DNA of 64,000 nt, from the IMG/VR virus record IMGVR_UViG_3300049856_000265, positions 1 to 64,000 of that record, one strand, 5' to 3'. Position numbers and translations under genes: made by a program. The notes under the pieces were generated by a model, which was not told the DNA's origin, ran no database searches, and saw only the letters and a program-made list of their open reading frames with translations. This document shows positions 55,451 to 64,000 of the stretch, in pieces; position 1 is the stretch's first letter; each line of letters opens with the position of its first letter. Origin of the DNA: a virus.

Positions 55451-55716
55451 AACTTCCTAAAGGCCGAGTAGTTTGGCAATATGTTTCAGGCGGCGGTATA
55501 TACGGCATGAAAGATCGCGCCGCTAAGGGCGGTAGCGGTACGCTATCCTTACTTAAGATCGGATCATGCATGTTCATTACAGGAGATTTAGGACTAGTCA
55601 CGACTCCAGTCCAGTCTATTGAAAAGATCGATGGCTGGTTTTATGTCAAAACCATGAATTCAGTTTACAAAGTAGCTGAGCAAGAGTTCAAAAAGCCTAA
55701 GAAGAAAACTAAATGA
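55447..55716 (+). CDS. Hypothetical protein
   Basis: ATGA overlap; TTPVQSI…VKTMNSVY motif seen in small phage proteins. Confidence 0.6.
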   Translation: MKLPKGRVVWQYVSGGGIYGMKDRAAKGGSGTLSLLKIGSCMFITGDLGLVTTPVQSIEKIDGWFYVKTMNSVYKVAEQEFKKPKKKTK

Positions 55717-55820
55717 AATACCTTATATTGTTTTTAATTATGAGTTGTTCGAAACCTTTATGTAAAGATCGTCCTTGGAATTACTTTGATTTAGAATGTC
55801 AACCAAGCAGGCCTAAATGA
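55713..55820 (+). CDS. Tiny lipoprotein-like peptide (35 aa)
   Basis: MKYLILFLIMSC; ATGA overlaps at both ends. Confidence 0.5.
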   Translation: MKYLILFLIMSCSKPLCKDRPWNYFDLECQPSRPK

Positions 55821-55957
55821 AATATCTGATCGTTCTAATCGCAGGAATCGCAGCTTTGACTTATATCGATCATCTTTATAACAAAGATCTTCAGCAAAGC
55901 CATGACTATAATCGTTGGGTAATCGAGCATTATTGCCATACTAATGGCGTTAAGTAA
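55817..55957 (+). CDS. Small membrane peptide (46 aa)
   Basis: MKYLIVLIAGIAALTY; ATGA overlap. Confidence 0.45.
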   Translation: MKYLIVLIAGIAALTYIDHLYNKDLQQSHDYNRWVIEHYCHTNGVK

Positions 55958-56252
55958 GCTTAAGTACAATTGGAATATGATAGGCCCAATGACCTGGATC
56001 TTTAGCTATTCTATCCAATAAGCTATTACTGTTCATAATAATATCAGCAACTGGATTACTAAATACTAGTTCTCCAGTATAGTCAAGCCTAACCTTAGTC
56101 GCGTAATGCAAAGTAAAAAGATCATTTAAACTACTACCAGGAATTGCCCGTTTAAGGCGATCTAAATCGCTATTCCTAAACTTAACTCCAAGCTCTTTGG
56201 CTTTTTTATGATAAAACTCAGCCCTAAGCTTGAATAACTTATCAGACTTCAT
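55950..56252 (-). CDS. Hypothetical protein
   Basis: Last ORF of the minus-strand early block. Confidence 0.5.
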   Translation of the reverse strand: MKSDKLFKLRAEFYHKKAKELGVKFRNSDLDRLKRAIPGSSLNDLFTLHYATKVRLDYTGELVFSNPVADIIMNSNSLLDRIAKDPGHWAYHIPIVLKLT

Positions 56253-56484
56253 TAGAGTCCAGTCCTAGTACTTCGGGCGAATGATCCAAGATGCCGTCGT
56301 ATTCTTCCATACCATACTCGTAAAGCGCAGCTTCGCCGTTAATCGTAATCTCAAGATCGTTATGGACTAGCCGATAGTCTTTAAAGCCTTCCGGTGCAGT
56401 CTTATCATAAACTCGAAAAAACCATGTATCATCTAAGTCGCGATGCAATGTGCCTTTAAGGCCAGTAGCATTGATTGTTTTCAT
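56242..56484 (-). CDS. Hypothetical protein
   Basis: AGGAG RBS; ATGA coupling. Confidence 0.6.
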   Translation of the reverse strand: MKTINATGLKGTLHRDLDDTWFFRVYDKTAPEGFKDYRLVHNDLEITINGEAALYEYGMEEYDGILDHSPEVLGLDSNEV

Positions 56485-56681
56485 TTGTCTTCCTTATTCA
56501 TGACTATAAATTCGCCTTCAGTAGGCAGTTCTCCAGAAACTTCAAAATGTGCAATAGCATCTGGTTCAAAACCGTAAAGATCTTGCAATTCAGAATAAAT
56601 AGTAGTTCCAAAAGATGAGCCATGAGTAGTATTGGATTCCTCGCCCCATTCGTATATAGGAATAAAGAAGACACTTTTCAT
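56481..56681 (-). CDS. Hypothetical protein
   Basis: ATGA coupling. Confidence 0.55.
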   Translation of the reverse strand: MKSVFFIPIYEWGEESNTTHGSSFGTTIYSELQDLYGFEPDAIAHFEVSGELPTEGEFIVMNKEDK

Positions 56682-57160
56682 TTAGTGCTCGTCCATCTTC
56701 CAATTTCCTCGCCATTCCAGCCAAGGATAATGGTGCGTCGTTCCTTATCGTCTTCCTCAAAACGGGTAGCGCCCTTGATTAGCTCTGGATAGTCTGCCGA
56801 GCTGAGCAACTCCCTACGCAAATTAGGATGCTTCTTAAGGCATTGTTGATAAGCATAATTGTAGACTTGCTTGCGCCACCAAAAGAGCGGGCGGCCAAAG
56901 ACTTTACCGATAAATTCACTAATATAATAGATATCCAAAGACCAAAGCCAATTAGGATAGTTCTTATGCTTATAGCAATATCCAGGGAAGATCAAGCCAT
57001 GAAGACTTTGATCATTAAATACTGCGTAGAATCTAATAGTGCCGTACTTTTCCTTAATTTGCCCGCCAAAGCGGCCATAGCGATGACTATAATGATAAAG
57101 AATGTCTTGGCAAGAATTCATGCCAGCATAGTCTGTAGTATCGTCATCGTAATAGCTCAT
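56678..57160 (-). CDS. Hypothetical protein with QIKEKYGTIRFY motif
   Basis: The QxKEKxGxxRxY motif is recurrent in phage proteins. Confidence 0.65.
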   Translation of the reverse strand: MSYYDDDTTDYAGMNSCQDILYHYSHRYGRFGGQIKEKYGTIRFYAVFNDQSLHGLIFPGYCYKHKNYPNWLWSLDIYYISEFIGKVFGRPLFWWRKQVYNYAYQQCLKKHPNLRRELLSSADYPELIKGATRFEEDDKERRTIILGWNGEEIGRWTSTK

Positions 57161-58029
57161 GTAATTACCTCAAATGTATTGGTTTCAATGCAATGCTTAA
57201 TGAAAGGATATAAAGCATTGTGAAGCGCCTTATTAAAAGGCTTATCCAAAAGGCTAGCTTCGCCTATTTGATCTTCCTTAACTAGATCGGCTATGTAGTC
57301 TTTAACGATATCTGGCAAGGAACTTGGATATGACGTCCTGTACACCTCATTACGACTAAGTAGCTTTTCAAGCCTGATAGGCTGTACCGTATAGCTGACG
57401 TCAATTGTAGGGGCTTGTGGGCCTTTAGGACGGCTATTGGGCAATCCTTTCCACTTGGTTTCCTCAGCTGTAAAGACTTTCTTATATCGATTGCCGCCGA
57501 TACTTACAACTACGCCTTCAACGCCCATAAAACCAGGAACTAGCTTCGAGCCGTTAGCCTTAAGATCGGCCATAACTTCGCCAATCTTAGCAGCGTCTAC
57601 ACCGCCTTTATAAAGGACCGGCACTACGCTAGTTTTAGGCGGCAAAGGACGCTCTTCTGGCCATTTCCAATGATCAAAGAGTACGAATTGCTTTTCAGTT
57701 AACCCTTCACCTGAATTAATGCCAGGACCTACCCATTCCCCAAAGTGTTGGCCTACGCCTAGTTTTTGGATGAATTCTACAGCATTGGTATAGATAAAGC
57801 TCGCGAAGCCGTAGTTATCATTTTCAGGAGTAATCCAGCGAGTACGACTTCCTACTTTAAGGATATACTGCTTACCATCAACTTCAATAAAAGGCGCATC
57901 TGGTTGAAACCCAGTAGCTTCTAGAACTTCGGCAATGTAAACTTGAGCATTAGTACCATGCAACTTTTGAGTAATGAACATGGGAAGTCCATCAAGGCGT
58001 TTGATATCTGGGAATGCTTTGAATTCCAT
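57157..58029 (-). CDS. RNA ligase (Rnl2-like nucleotidyltransferase domain)
   Basis: Motif I TQKLHGTN, GSRTR, DNYGFA, FGEWVGPGI, FVLFD, VPVLY.G, EGVVV, YKK. Confidence 0.8.
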   Translation of the reverse strand: MEFKAFPDIKRLDGLPMFITQKLHGTNAQVYIAEVLEATGFQPDAPFIEVDGKQYILKVGSRTRWITPENDNYGFASFIYTNAVEFIQKLGVGQHFGEWVGPGINSGEGLTEKQFVLFDHWKWPEERPLPPKTSVVPVLYKGGVDAAKIGEVMADLKANGSKLVPGFMGVEGVVVSIGGNRYKKVFTAEETKWKGLPNSRPKGPQAPTIDVSYTVQPIRLEKLLSRNEVYRTSYPSSLPDIVKDYIADLVKEDQIGEASLLDKPFNKALHNALYPFIKHCIETNTFEVIT

Positions 58030-58030
58030 A

Positions 58031-58234
58031 TTACTTCTTCTCTAATGATTTAATAAAAGTAATCATCATTTCATTTACACATTTAGCTTGAGCAAGTTCA
58101 TTTTCTGGATAAAGTTCAGCACAATATTGCTTGAACCAGTCGGCGGCTAGGTCGATCTTATGAGTAACTGTAACGTCTCCGCTTAGTTTAACTCCGCAAC
58201 CTGTAAGCATTGCTAGTATCAATAAATACTTCAT
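58031..58234 (-). CDS. Small lipoprotein
   Basis: MKYLLILAMLTGC lipobox. Confidence 0.65.
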   Translation of the reverse strand: MKYLLILAMLTGCGVKLSGDVTVTHKIDLAADWFKQYCAELYPENELAQAKCVNEMMITFIKSLEKK

Positions 58235-58398
58235 TTAAGCTCCTTATTGCACATGATTTCAAACAAAGTAGTGCCTTGATCATTTTCAAGAACCATGAGA
58301 TTGCATTTACGATATTTGTCGCGATAGCCCATATCGTAAAGGTCTTGGTTAGCGCTAGCGCATGAGGTTAGGAGTAGAATTAGAAGTAGGTATTTCAT
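58231..58398 (-). CDS. Small lipoprotein (55 aa, not in ORF track)
   Basis: MKYLLLILLLTSC; ATGA-coupled on both sides. Confidence 0.6.
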   Translation of the reverse strand: MKYLLLILLLTSCASANQDLYDMGYRDKYRKCNLMVLENDQGTTLFEIMCNKELK

Positions 58399-58868
58399 TT
58401 GAATTCCTTATCTTCCGTGGCAGAGAGGGCTTGGCGGGCGAGAACAATCGCGGTGTCTAAATCGTATCTAGTTCGATCAAGAAACTCGTCGTCTCGACTC
58501 GACGGCATCATTTCGTATTCCCATTTACCGACATTGTTCAGAACATTGCTGCCGCGCTTAACTTTCCACGTGTTTTTTTCCCAATGCGTTTTAATTACTT
58601 CAATACAGTTTGAACTCATCGGGTGTCCAAAGGTGAATTGGCTGCATGTCGCGAGTTTTGCTTCGAGGGCTGCGATGCGGTTGGCTGCTAACTTTTTAAT
58701 CTCAAGATTTTGCCGCATCATTGCCTCCAGCTCCTCAATCCGTATGGCGTCCTTCTCGAATTCGGCGGCGATGTCTGCGCAAAGCGAGTCATAAACGTCG
58801 CAAGAGTCTTGTGCCTTTGCATTCTCAACAATCTGTTTTGCACGTTCGGGCGCACTCTTCGTAGTCAT
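58395..58868 (-). CDS. Hypothetical protein
   Basis: Coiled coil plus WEYE..PSSRDDEFLDRTRY motif. Confidence 0.6.
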   Translation of the reverse strand: MTTKSAPERAKQIVENAKAQDSCDVYDSLCADIAAEFEKDAIRIEELEAMMRQNLEIKKLAANRIAALEAKLATCSQFTFGHPMSSNCIEVIKTHWEKNTWKVKRGSNVLNNVGKWEYEMMPSSRDDEFLDRTRYDLDTAIVLARQALSATEDKEFK

Positions 58869-59059
58869 TCCCCGTTCTCCTTAGACCAAAGCATACCATT
58901 TCTAACGTAATCTCTAAGTTGTTCAAGATTTGTACTTACTATAAAGGCCCATGGATAATCAACATGCATTTTATAAGGCGCAAGTTGTTCTAGTTTATGA
59001 TCAATTGCTTCAACCAATTGCCTTTTAGCTAGCAAATAACCTTCACTTGGATGTTTCAT
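58865..59059 (-). CDS. Hypothetical protein
   Basis: Start at MKHPSE. Confidence 0.45.
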   Translation of the reverse strand: MKHPSEGYLLAKRQLVEAIDHKLEQLAPYKMHVDYPWAFIVSTNLEQLRDYVRNGMLWSKENGE

Positions 59060-59264
59060 TGAGTGCCTTAATAAGAGCATCTGCCAACATTACGGCAGTA
59101 GTTGGATGTTCTTGAACTAATCTATTAGGACTATTATGTGCCCCTGGAATAGCACAAACGCAAAGTCCTTGCAAAGCAAGTGCTGCGAAGTATTCGCGTT
59201 TAGTAATGCCTGGTTCATTAAGCATATTTACAATTGCTGGAAAAGCCGGTTCATCTGGTTTCAT
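59043..59264 (-). CDS. Conserved small phage protein
   Basis: PAFP…GITKREYFAALALQG…ADALIKAL family pattern. Confidence 0.7.
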   Translation of the reverse strand: MKPDEPAFPAIVNMLNEPGITKREYFAALALQGLCVCAIPGAHNSPNRLVQEHPTTAVMLADALIKALNETSK

Positions 59265-59467
59265 TCTTCCTCCTCGAAGCCTGGATCAGATTGCCAATCT
59301 TCAAATTGTGCTAATTGCATTTCAAGTTCTATTTCACGTCGATAATCCCTAAGAGACTGCATAGATTCTAAGTAATCGTCGGTATATTCGACTGCAAAAA
59401 TCATGTCCATTTGATAAAAGTCATTATGGTAAGTCCACATTGCCGGACCAGCTTTAGATGCGCTCAT
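59261..59467 (-). CDS. Hypothetical protein
   Basis: Start at MSASKA; acidic. Confidence 0.45.
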   Translation of the reverse strand: MSASKAGPAMWTYHNDFYQMDMIFAVEYTDDYLESMQSLRDYRREIELEMQLAQFEDWQSDPGFEEEE

Positions 59468-59792
59468 CGTCTTTGGACTCCCGCATTCTTCTAAGGGTAG
59501 GATTGCCCGTATATTCCGAAAACTGAATTGACCAAACTTCGTCAGCACCAGATCCCTGTACAACATGAGGTGTTAGCCAATCTAAAAACTCATCTTGACC
59601 GCGACCATATTTAGTCTGCCCTACAAGGATAAGTTGTACTGGATCTTCAGGGTAAGCGCGGTTTATATATTTAGCAACTCCGCTACAATGATAAGCTGAA
59701 TCTAAAAGGCCTAATTCCTCTATTTTTGCTTTAAGTTCTTTTTCGTTAACTCTAACTTCAGCATTTACAATTAGTTTTTCATAATCGCCCAT
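59454..59792 (-). CDS. Hypothetical protein
   Basis: TAATG coupling. Confidence 0.6.
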   Translation of the reverse strand: MGDYEKLIVNAEVRVNEKELKAKIEELGLLDSAYHCSGVAKYINRAYPEDPVQLILVGQTKYGRGQDEFLDWLTPHVVQGSGADEVWSIQFSEYTGNPTLRRMRESKDDERI

Positions 59793-60019
59793 TATAACTT
59801 CTCCTTAGCGTTTTTACGATCCCAGAATTCAGAATAATCTTCAAGTCTAGATTCGTCAAGTCTAATGTAAATGCCATTAAACAAGATCTCAACCAATTCC
59901 TTCTTAGTCGCCGCACTGTAGACGTATCGCTCAAAGGTAGCGTTAATATCCATTCGACTGCCGTTAACCATAAATTGCACCACTACGACCTTTTGATTAG
60001 CTTTAAACTTGCGCTCCAT
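59792..60019 (-). CDS. Hypothetical protein
   Basis: Operon ORF. Confidence 0.55.
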   Translation of the reverse strand: MERKFKANQKVVVVQFMVNGSRMDINATFERYVYSAATKKELVEILFNGIYIRLDESRLEDYSEFWDRKNAKEKL

Positions 60020-60731
60020 TAGCCAACTCTACCAATCTCCTGACAGGATGTCCAGGTTTAAAATATGCTTGAACATCGGTTAACTTCAAGTCTACAGGCA
60101 ATCCAAAGGACCGCAGTCTAAGCCATCGCATCATCCTAGAATCAGGCTTCTTAGCTACGAGCATACCACCCACCATCCAAAGAACCCAAAGCGGCATAAA
60201 AAGCCACCAAAAGGGTGTAAACAGATTAGGTAGTCTAAAGATAGCCATCAGGTTATAAAATGCAATATCTCCACCTTGCCGCTGATATCGGATATCGTAT
60301 TTATCTGGATTCTCATTATTAAAACAATACCAATGCTTATCTCCAAAATCAGCTACTTGCTTATGATAGTCTAATCCATACATCTTGGATAATCTAACGT
60401 AAGAAAGCATGTTATCATGGGCATCGCCCCGCGCATCAAAGCGCGACCGTCTAATCCTACCAGGTCCTATCGTGATCGAGTCTAGTGCGCTCTTTACAAT
60501 GTATTCAAAATACTCTTTAGGAATGCCCATATCAATTGCCTGTTGTACATAGTAATCCAAATAAGAGATACCGTTATCGCTATGGGCTTTACGATCATCT
60601 TTAGGTAATTCTGGAAACTGTTCTTGAAGCCACGACCAAGGATCTAGGTTCATAAGACCATCTTCGGTCATGAAGTTAGCTAGAAAGTCTTGATGAATAG
60701 CTTGGAATTCCGGTGATTCTTGATCTAGCAT
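60003..60731 (-). CDS. Hypothetical protein with hydrophobic C-terminal segment
   Basis: GGAG RBS; 242 aa. Confidence 0.65.
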   Translation of the reverse strand: MLDQESPEFQAIHQDFLANFMTEDGLMNLDPWSWLQEQFPELPKDDRKAHSDNGISYLDYYVQQAIDMGIPKEYFEYIVKSALDSITIGPGRIRRSRFDARGDAHDNMLSYVRLSKMYGLDYHKQVADFGDKHWYCFNNENPDKYDIRYQRQGGDIAFYNLMAIFRLPNLFTPFWWLFMPLWVLWMVGGMLVAKKPDSRMMRWLRLRSFGLPVDLKLTDVQAYFKPGHPVRRLVELANGAQV

Positions 60732-60739
60732 GCTATCTC

Positions 60740-61513
60740 CTAATAGTGATGATTTTCATTAACAATATTATTGTTTGAATCGACTGTAAAAATACAATGA
60801 TCATTATCAGTTGTGGAATATGTTCCAGGAACTAAAACACTAAACCTAGTATTATTGCCTGCAGTATTATCCGAGAAGGAAGCTAGCAAGGTCCCATTAG
60901 ACAACTTAAGAAATATTTCATCATAAATCCCATTAGCATCGCCACAAGGGTTGATAAGCCCAACCGGCGTAAAAGGGGTAGGCGGCGCGTTAAGTCCGTT
61001 CGTTCCATTGGTCCCGTTACTTCCATTTGAACCGTTTGTTCCATTAGTTCCTGCCTGTCCTGTCGCACCTTGTGCACCGTCATTGCCATTACAAATAGTT
61101 ACCGATTGGATATTAGTATCATCGATATCCAAAGATAAATTATCGTTTGAGTCAACAGCTAACATAACTGTCTGCCCACCATTAGAACAACTCGTAGCTG
61201 CCAAAGTTGAGTAGACTATACTATGCCCATTGCTCCCGTTAACTCCATTTGAACCATTAAGGCCATTGGTGCCATTAGTGCCGTTGCTACCTGCAGCACC
61301 TTGAGCGCCCGTCGCTCCAACTGCTCCCGTTTCGCCATCTTCGCCATTCTTAACCAAAGCTTGAGTTCCATCTGTGCATTGTATAAGTACGCCATCATCA
61401 GTCTGGCTGATTGAACAAGGTTGCATCCGTTCTGGCGGTCCAGGCACAAGTCTAATTGAAGTTCCAGGACCTTCTATACAAGCCATAAGCAATAACAAAA
61501 CAGTATATTTCAT
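60740..61513 (-). CDS. Collagen-like repeat lipoprotein
   Basis: MKYTVLLLLMAC; two G-X-N/G-X-Y repeat blocks flanking an ATSCSNGG…ICNG module. Confidence 0.75.
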   Translation of the reverse strand: MKYTVLLLLMACIEGPGTSIRLVPGPPERMQPCSISQTDDGVLIQCTDGTQALVKNGEDGETGAVGATGAQGAAGSNGTNGTNGLNGSNGVNGSNGHSIVYSTLAATSCSNGGQTVMLAVDSNDNLSLDIDDTNIQSVTICNGNDGAQGATGQAGTNGTNGSNGSNGTNGTNGLNAPPTPFTPVGLINPCGDANGIYDEIFLKLSNGTLLASFSDNTAGNNTRFSVLVPGTYSTTDNDHCIFTVDSNNNIVNENHHY

Positions 61514-61767
61514 ACGCCTATCTCCATTTTGGTTTTAATAACTTCATCAAAATATTCATCAATAAACTGAGCCATCTTTAAAACAGTATCTAAACTAAGT
61601 CTTATCTTAACAGATTCGTTTTCTGCGTCAATAACTATAAATTGCTTATTGTGTGTATTTTTAACTTCGAGTATGAAATGCTCCCCTATTGTTGGATGTT
61701 CCGTTACTTTTAGGTCAATGTTATTGATTTTCATTATAATACCTTTCAGCTCATGAAAGCTAGCCAT
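61510..61767 (-). CDS. Hypothetical protein
   Basis: Operon ORF; true start possibly MKINN. Confidence 0.5.
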   Translation of the reverse strand: MASFHELKGIIMKINNIDLKVTEHPTIGEHFILEVKNTHNKQFIVIDAENESVKIRLSLDTVLKMAQFIDEYFDEVIKTKMEIGV

Positions 61768-62204
61768 CCAACTTTAGCAACTTCTAAAGCTTGAGGCAAT
61801 GTAAATACTTTACGTTCATGGCGACCACAATGACGCATTTCAATAGCTACCTCATCACTTCCAGTATAGTGAGTTTGGATGGCGTTAACTTCTTTACCGC
61901 AAATATAACACTTGATCGGAATCAAAGGTACTTCGACCTTAGGTGTCGAAGGTGGGACATAGCCGCCATCCCAATTAAAAGCAGTTAAGGCTTCGTCATT
62001 GCTAATGCCTAAAGCTTCAGAATGTCGAGCATTAGCGGCAATTTTATTGAGCATATCTTGAGCCCACTGACGACCTTCATTTTCACTAGGCCAATAACGG
62101 ACTGCTTCTACTTGACCTGTATTAATATTGCTAATAATAGCGGTCCAACGAGTTTTAGGATCTCCAGTGCCTCCCGTTTCGTAGACCATATAAGTCTTGC
62201 TCAT
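61746..62204 (-). CDS. Hypothetical protein with CxxC…CxxH
   Basis: AGGAG RBS; ATGA coupling. Confidence 0.6.
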   Translation of the reverse strand: MSKTYMVYETGGTGDPKTRWTAIISNINTGQVEAVRYWPSENEGRQWAQDMLNKIAANARHSEALGISNDEALTAFNWDGGYVPPSTPKVEVPLIPIKCYICGKEVNAIQTHYTGSDEVAIEMRHCGRHERKVFTLPQALEVAKVGWLAFMS

Positions 62205-62677
62205 TGTTCTAACTCCTTAAGTTTATTATAATATCCAATCTTGCGACTAGGTGTTTTACTATGAAAACGCCCAAGGTAATAAGGATCGCCGCTTAGCTTA
62301 TGCCGTTTGATTACCTTAGCCGCGCAATAACTGTTACCTATTATTGTATAAATATTATACTCCAAACACTCACTACTAGCTATAACTGTATTTATTTGGA
62401 AAAGGCCATAATCTAGAGTCCCATTGCTGTTAAAGTTAAAAGCTACTGGATTAAGTCCGCTTTCTATAAGCCCTATGGCTAACATTTTAGTAGGATCTAG
62501 GCCGTAAGCCTTAGCAGCCTTTGAAATCGCACTATAGACTTCTACAGGCGCTTTAAACCCTAGTCTAGTTGAGTAGCTTTTAAGTGACTCCGCTTGCGCT
62601 TCTTTACAGCCTTTAAGTAGGGCTATAACTCCAAAGACAAAAAGCATATAGAGTAACTTGCTTTCATATCTAGCCAT
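62201..62677 (-). CDS. Lytic transglycosylase (SLT domain), N-terminally anchored
   Basis: AIGLIESGLNP.A.N.N.NGT.DYGLFQIN…GRFHSKTP; GGAGG RBS before MARYES. Confidence 0.88.
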   Translation of the reverse strand: MARYESKLLYMLFVFGVIALLKGCKEAQAESLKSYSTRLGFKAPVEVYSAISKAAKAYGLDPTKMLAIGLIESGLNPVAFNFNSNGTLDYGLFQINTVIASSECLEYNIYTIIGNSYCAAKVIKRHKLSGDPYYLGRFHSKTPSRKIGYYNKLKELEQ

Positions 62678-62705
62678 AATACCTCCTTTAAAACAAATAT
62701 ACTTT

Positions 62706-62975
62706 ATGGACATTGAATCGCCTAATGATTCGGATTTCTTAGATTACTTCTTAACAGTAGTGGCCGAGCATCCCTCGCCTAAACTTATAGCTACCATAAA
62801 TGAGCAAGGTCAAAGCTTAACTCCTTTCGACGTAGCTTGGGCAGCGGGCTTATCGGAAGACGTAGGTCAGTATCCGTTAATTAGTTCGCCTAGTCAATAT
62901 ATAAATTACTTTATATTCTATGCTAAGTCTACTGGCTTAACTGGCTATTTGTCTTTCTATCCAAGCATCTGCTAG
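62706..62975 (+). CDS. Hypothetical protein on the opposite strand within the early block
   Basis: Fills the gap between minus-strand genes; AACAAATATA at 62692 precedes ATG 62706. Confidence 0.55.
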   Translation: MDIESPNDSDFLDYFLTVVAEHPSPKLIATINEQGQSLTPFDVAWAAGLSEDVGQYPLISSPSQYINYFIFYAKSTGLTGYLSFYPSIC

Positions 62976-63262
62976 TTATCATCTAAATCGTCTTGAGGCG
63001 GTCCGGCAAATCGAAGCGTCCTTATCTCCCGAACGTATTTAAGCTCTTTTTCCCAAAGCGTAATAGGTTCTTTGCCTAACAATTCCATATCAATTGGACC
63101 ATATCCATTCTTCATAATCTGAAGTGCGCTATCTAAGTCTTTTGCAATGGCATAATCCTCAAAGATCGGATCGCCGTGACAATCTTGGACTTCATAAAAC
63201 CTAAAATAAAACTTAGTAAACTCTTCAGGTAACATCTTTATCTCCAATTCGTTTAAAAGCAC
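62972..63262 (-). CDS. Hypothetical protein
   Basis: GTG start; operon ORF. Confidence 0.55.
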   Translation of the reverse strand: MLLNELEIKMLPEEFTKFYFRFYEVQDCHGDPIFEDYAIAKDLDSALQIMKNGYGPIDMELLGKEPITLWEKELKYVREIRTLRFAGPPQDDLDDN

Positions 63263-63510
63263 CTATGGCCGCATAAAAGGCAAAAGACAATGCCCAAACT
63301 AAAAGCCCTATCCAAATTGGCAATAGTAAGAATATATAAAATAGAAATAAACCTTTCATTTTAGCTTTTCTTTAATATAATCTTTTAAAGCTTTTATTGC
63401 AAAATAGCAAAACAAGTAAACAAAAGCTATGCCGTAAACTAGTCCATAAAAAACCAGGACTAGCAAAGCGCCCCACAATGGCGACAATCCAATAATAACT
63501 AGCATCAAGC

Positions 63511-63699
63511 CTAATCGCATAGCAGCTCCTTAGGCGGTACTTGAAGCGCCTTAGCAATCTTGGATAGCATGACTAGACTTGGTGCCTTTCCGCGTTTCTC
63601 AATATGCGCAATCGTTGCTTGAGAAATGCCCGCTAGTTTAGCTAGTCTAGCTTGGCTAAGTTCCATAACTTGACGATAATGCCTAATTTGAGTTTTCAT
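63511..63699 (-). CDS. XRE-family helix-turn-helix regulator
   Basis: LSQARLAKLAGISQATIAHIE…PSL..LSKIAKAL.V…LL. Confidence 0.9.
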   Translation of the reverse strand: MKTQIRHYRQVMELSQARLAKLAGISQATIAHIEKRGKAPSLVMLSKIAKALQVPPKELLCD

Positions 63700-63929
63700 T
63701 TAGCTCCCAATAGCTTTCTAGCCGTTGCGTTACGATTCTTAAGCCCTTTTTTTACTTCGGCGCGCATATCGTCTTTAACCATGGCGAAACTGCTAAGATT
63801 GAGCGATTGTTCAGCCCAGAAATCAACTAGCCAATTGGATAAGGCTAGCCGCTCTTCTACCGTTTTAAGACGATCTACTTCGTCGATAGCATTGTCTAGG
63901 ACTTCTAGCATACTAAGTTTATAATTCAT
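63696..63929 (-). CDS. Hypothetical protein
   Basis: AGGAG RBS; first gene after the promoter. Confidence 0.6.
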   Translation of the reverse strand: MNYKLSMLEVLDNAIDEVDRLKTVEERLALSNWLVDFWAEQSLNLSSFAMVKDDMRAEVKKGLKNRNATARKLLGAK

Positions 63930-63962
63930 AATTAATCTCCTTTTTTAATAGCTTCAATTGCT

Positions 63963-63991
63963 TTAATAGCACTACTAGAAACATGTGTCAA
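63963..63991 (-). promoter_or_regulatory. Sigma70 promoter TTGACA-17-TATTAA
   Basis: Minus strand; TGn-extended -10; heads the early block. Confidence 0.75.
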
Positions 63992-64000
63992 GTTACGATC

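Noticed and set aside
1-64000. Stop-codon recoding or self-splicing introns/inteins
   Set aside because: Core genes (capsid, nrdA/B, polA, primase-helicase) are intact at expected lengths in the standard code; all three stops are used and the HNH genes are free-standing.

Overview
A 64-kb slice of a dsDNA tailed-phage genome with podovirus-like architecture. No terminase, portal, integrase, canonical tRNA, rRNA or CRISPR array was recognised. There are four transcription blocks. (+) 1-27026 is the virion module: Gly-rich fibres, scaffold, major capsid, GH24 endolysin, tail fibres, adaptor, nozzle and four probable ejection proteins. (-) 27028-34595 holds a RuvC-like resolvase, dNMP kinase, metallophosphoesterase, S8 protease and RecA-like recombinase. 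(+) 34728-55957 covers nucleotide/NAD metabolism and replication: class I RNR, NadM-Nudix, macrodomain, Nampt, ThyX, GT9, PD-(D/E)XK nuclease, ERF, primase-helicase and PolA. (-) 55950-63929 holds early small genes, including an Rnl2-type RNA ligase, lipoproteins, an SLT and an XRE regulator. Six free-standing HNH-type endonucleases are scattered through the window. The most striking signal not explained by ORFs is a set of structured RNAs. Two dispersed copies (38048-38231, 49249-49413) form a non-canonical tRNA-like RNA with identical core motifs and a fully re-sequenced, still-paired acceptor-like stem. Three further folded or pseudoknotted RNAs lie at 49423-50174, and a folded leader precedes the capsid gene. 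Regulatory signals include a recurring AACAAAT(A) putative late promoter, sigma70 promoters giving leaderless mRNAs, and CsrA-type AGGA hairpins. All product calls come from motif recognition by eye; no database search was run.
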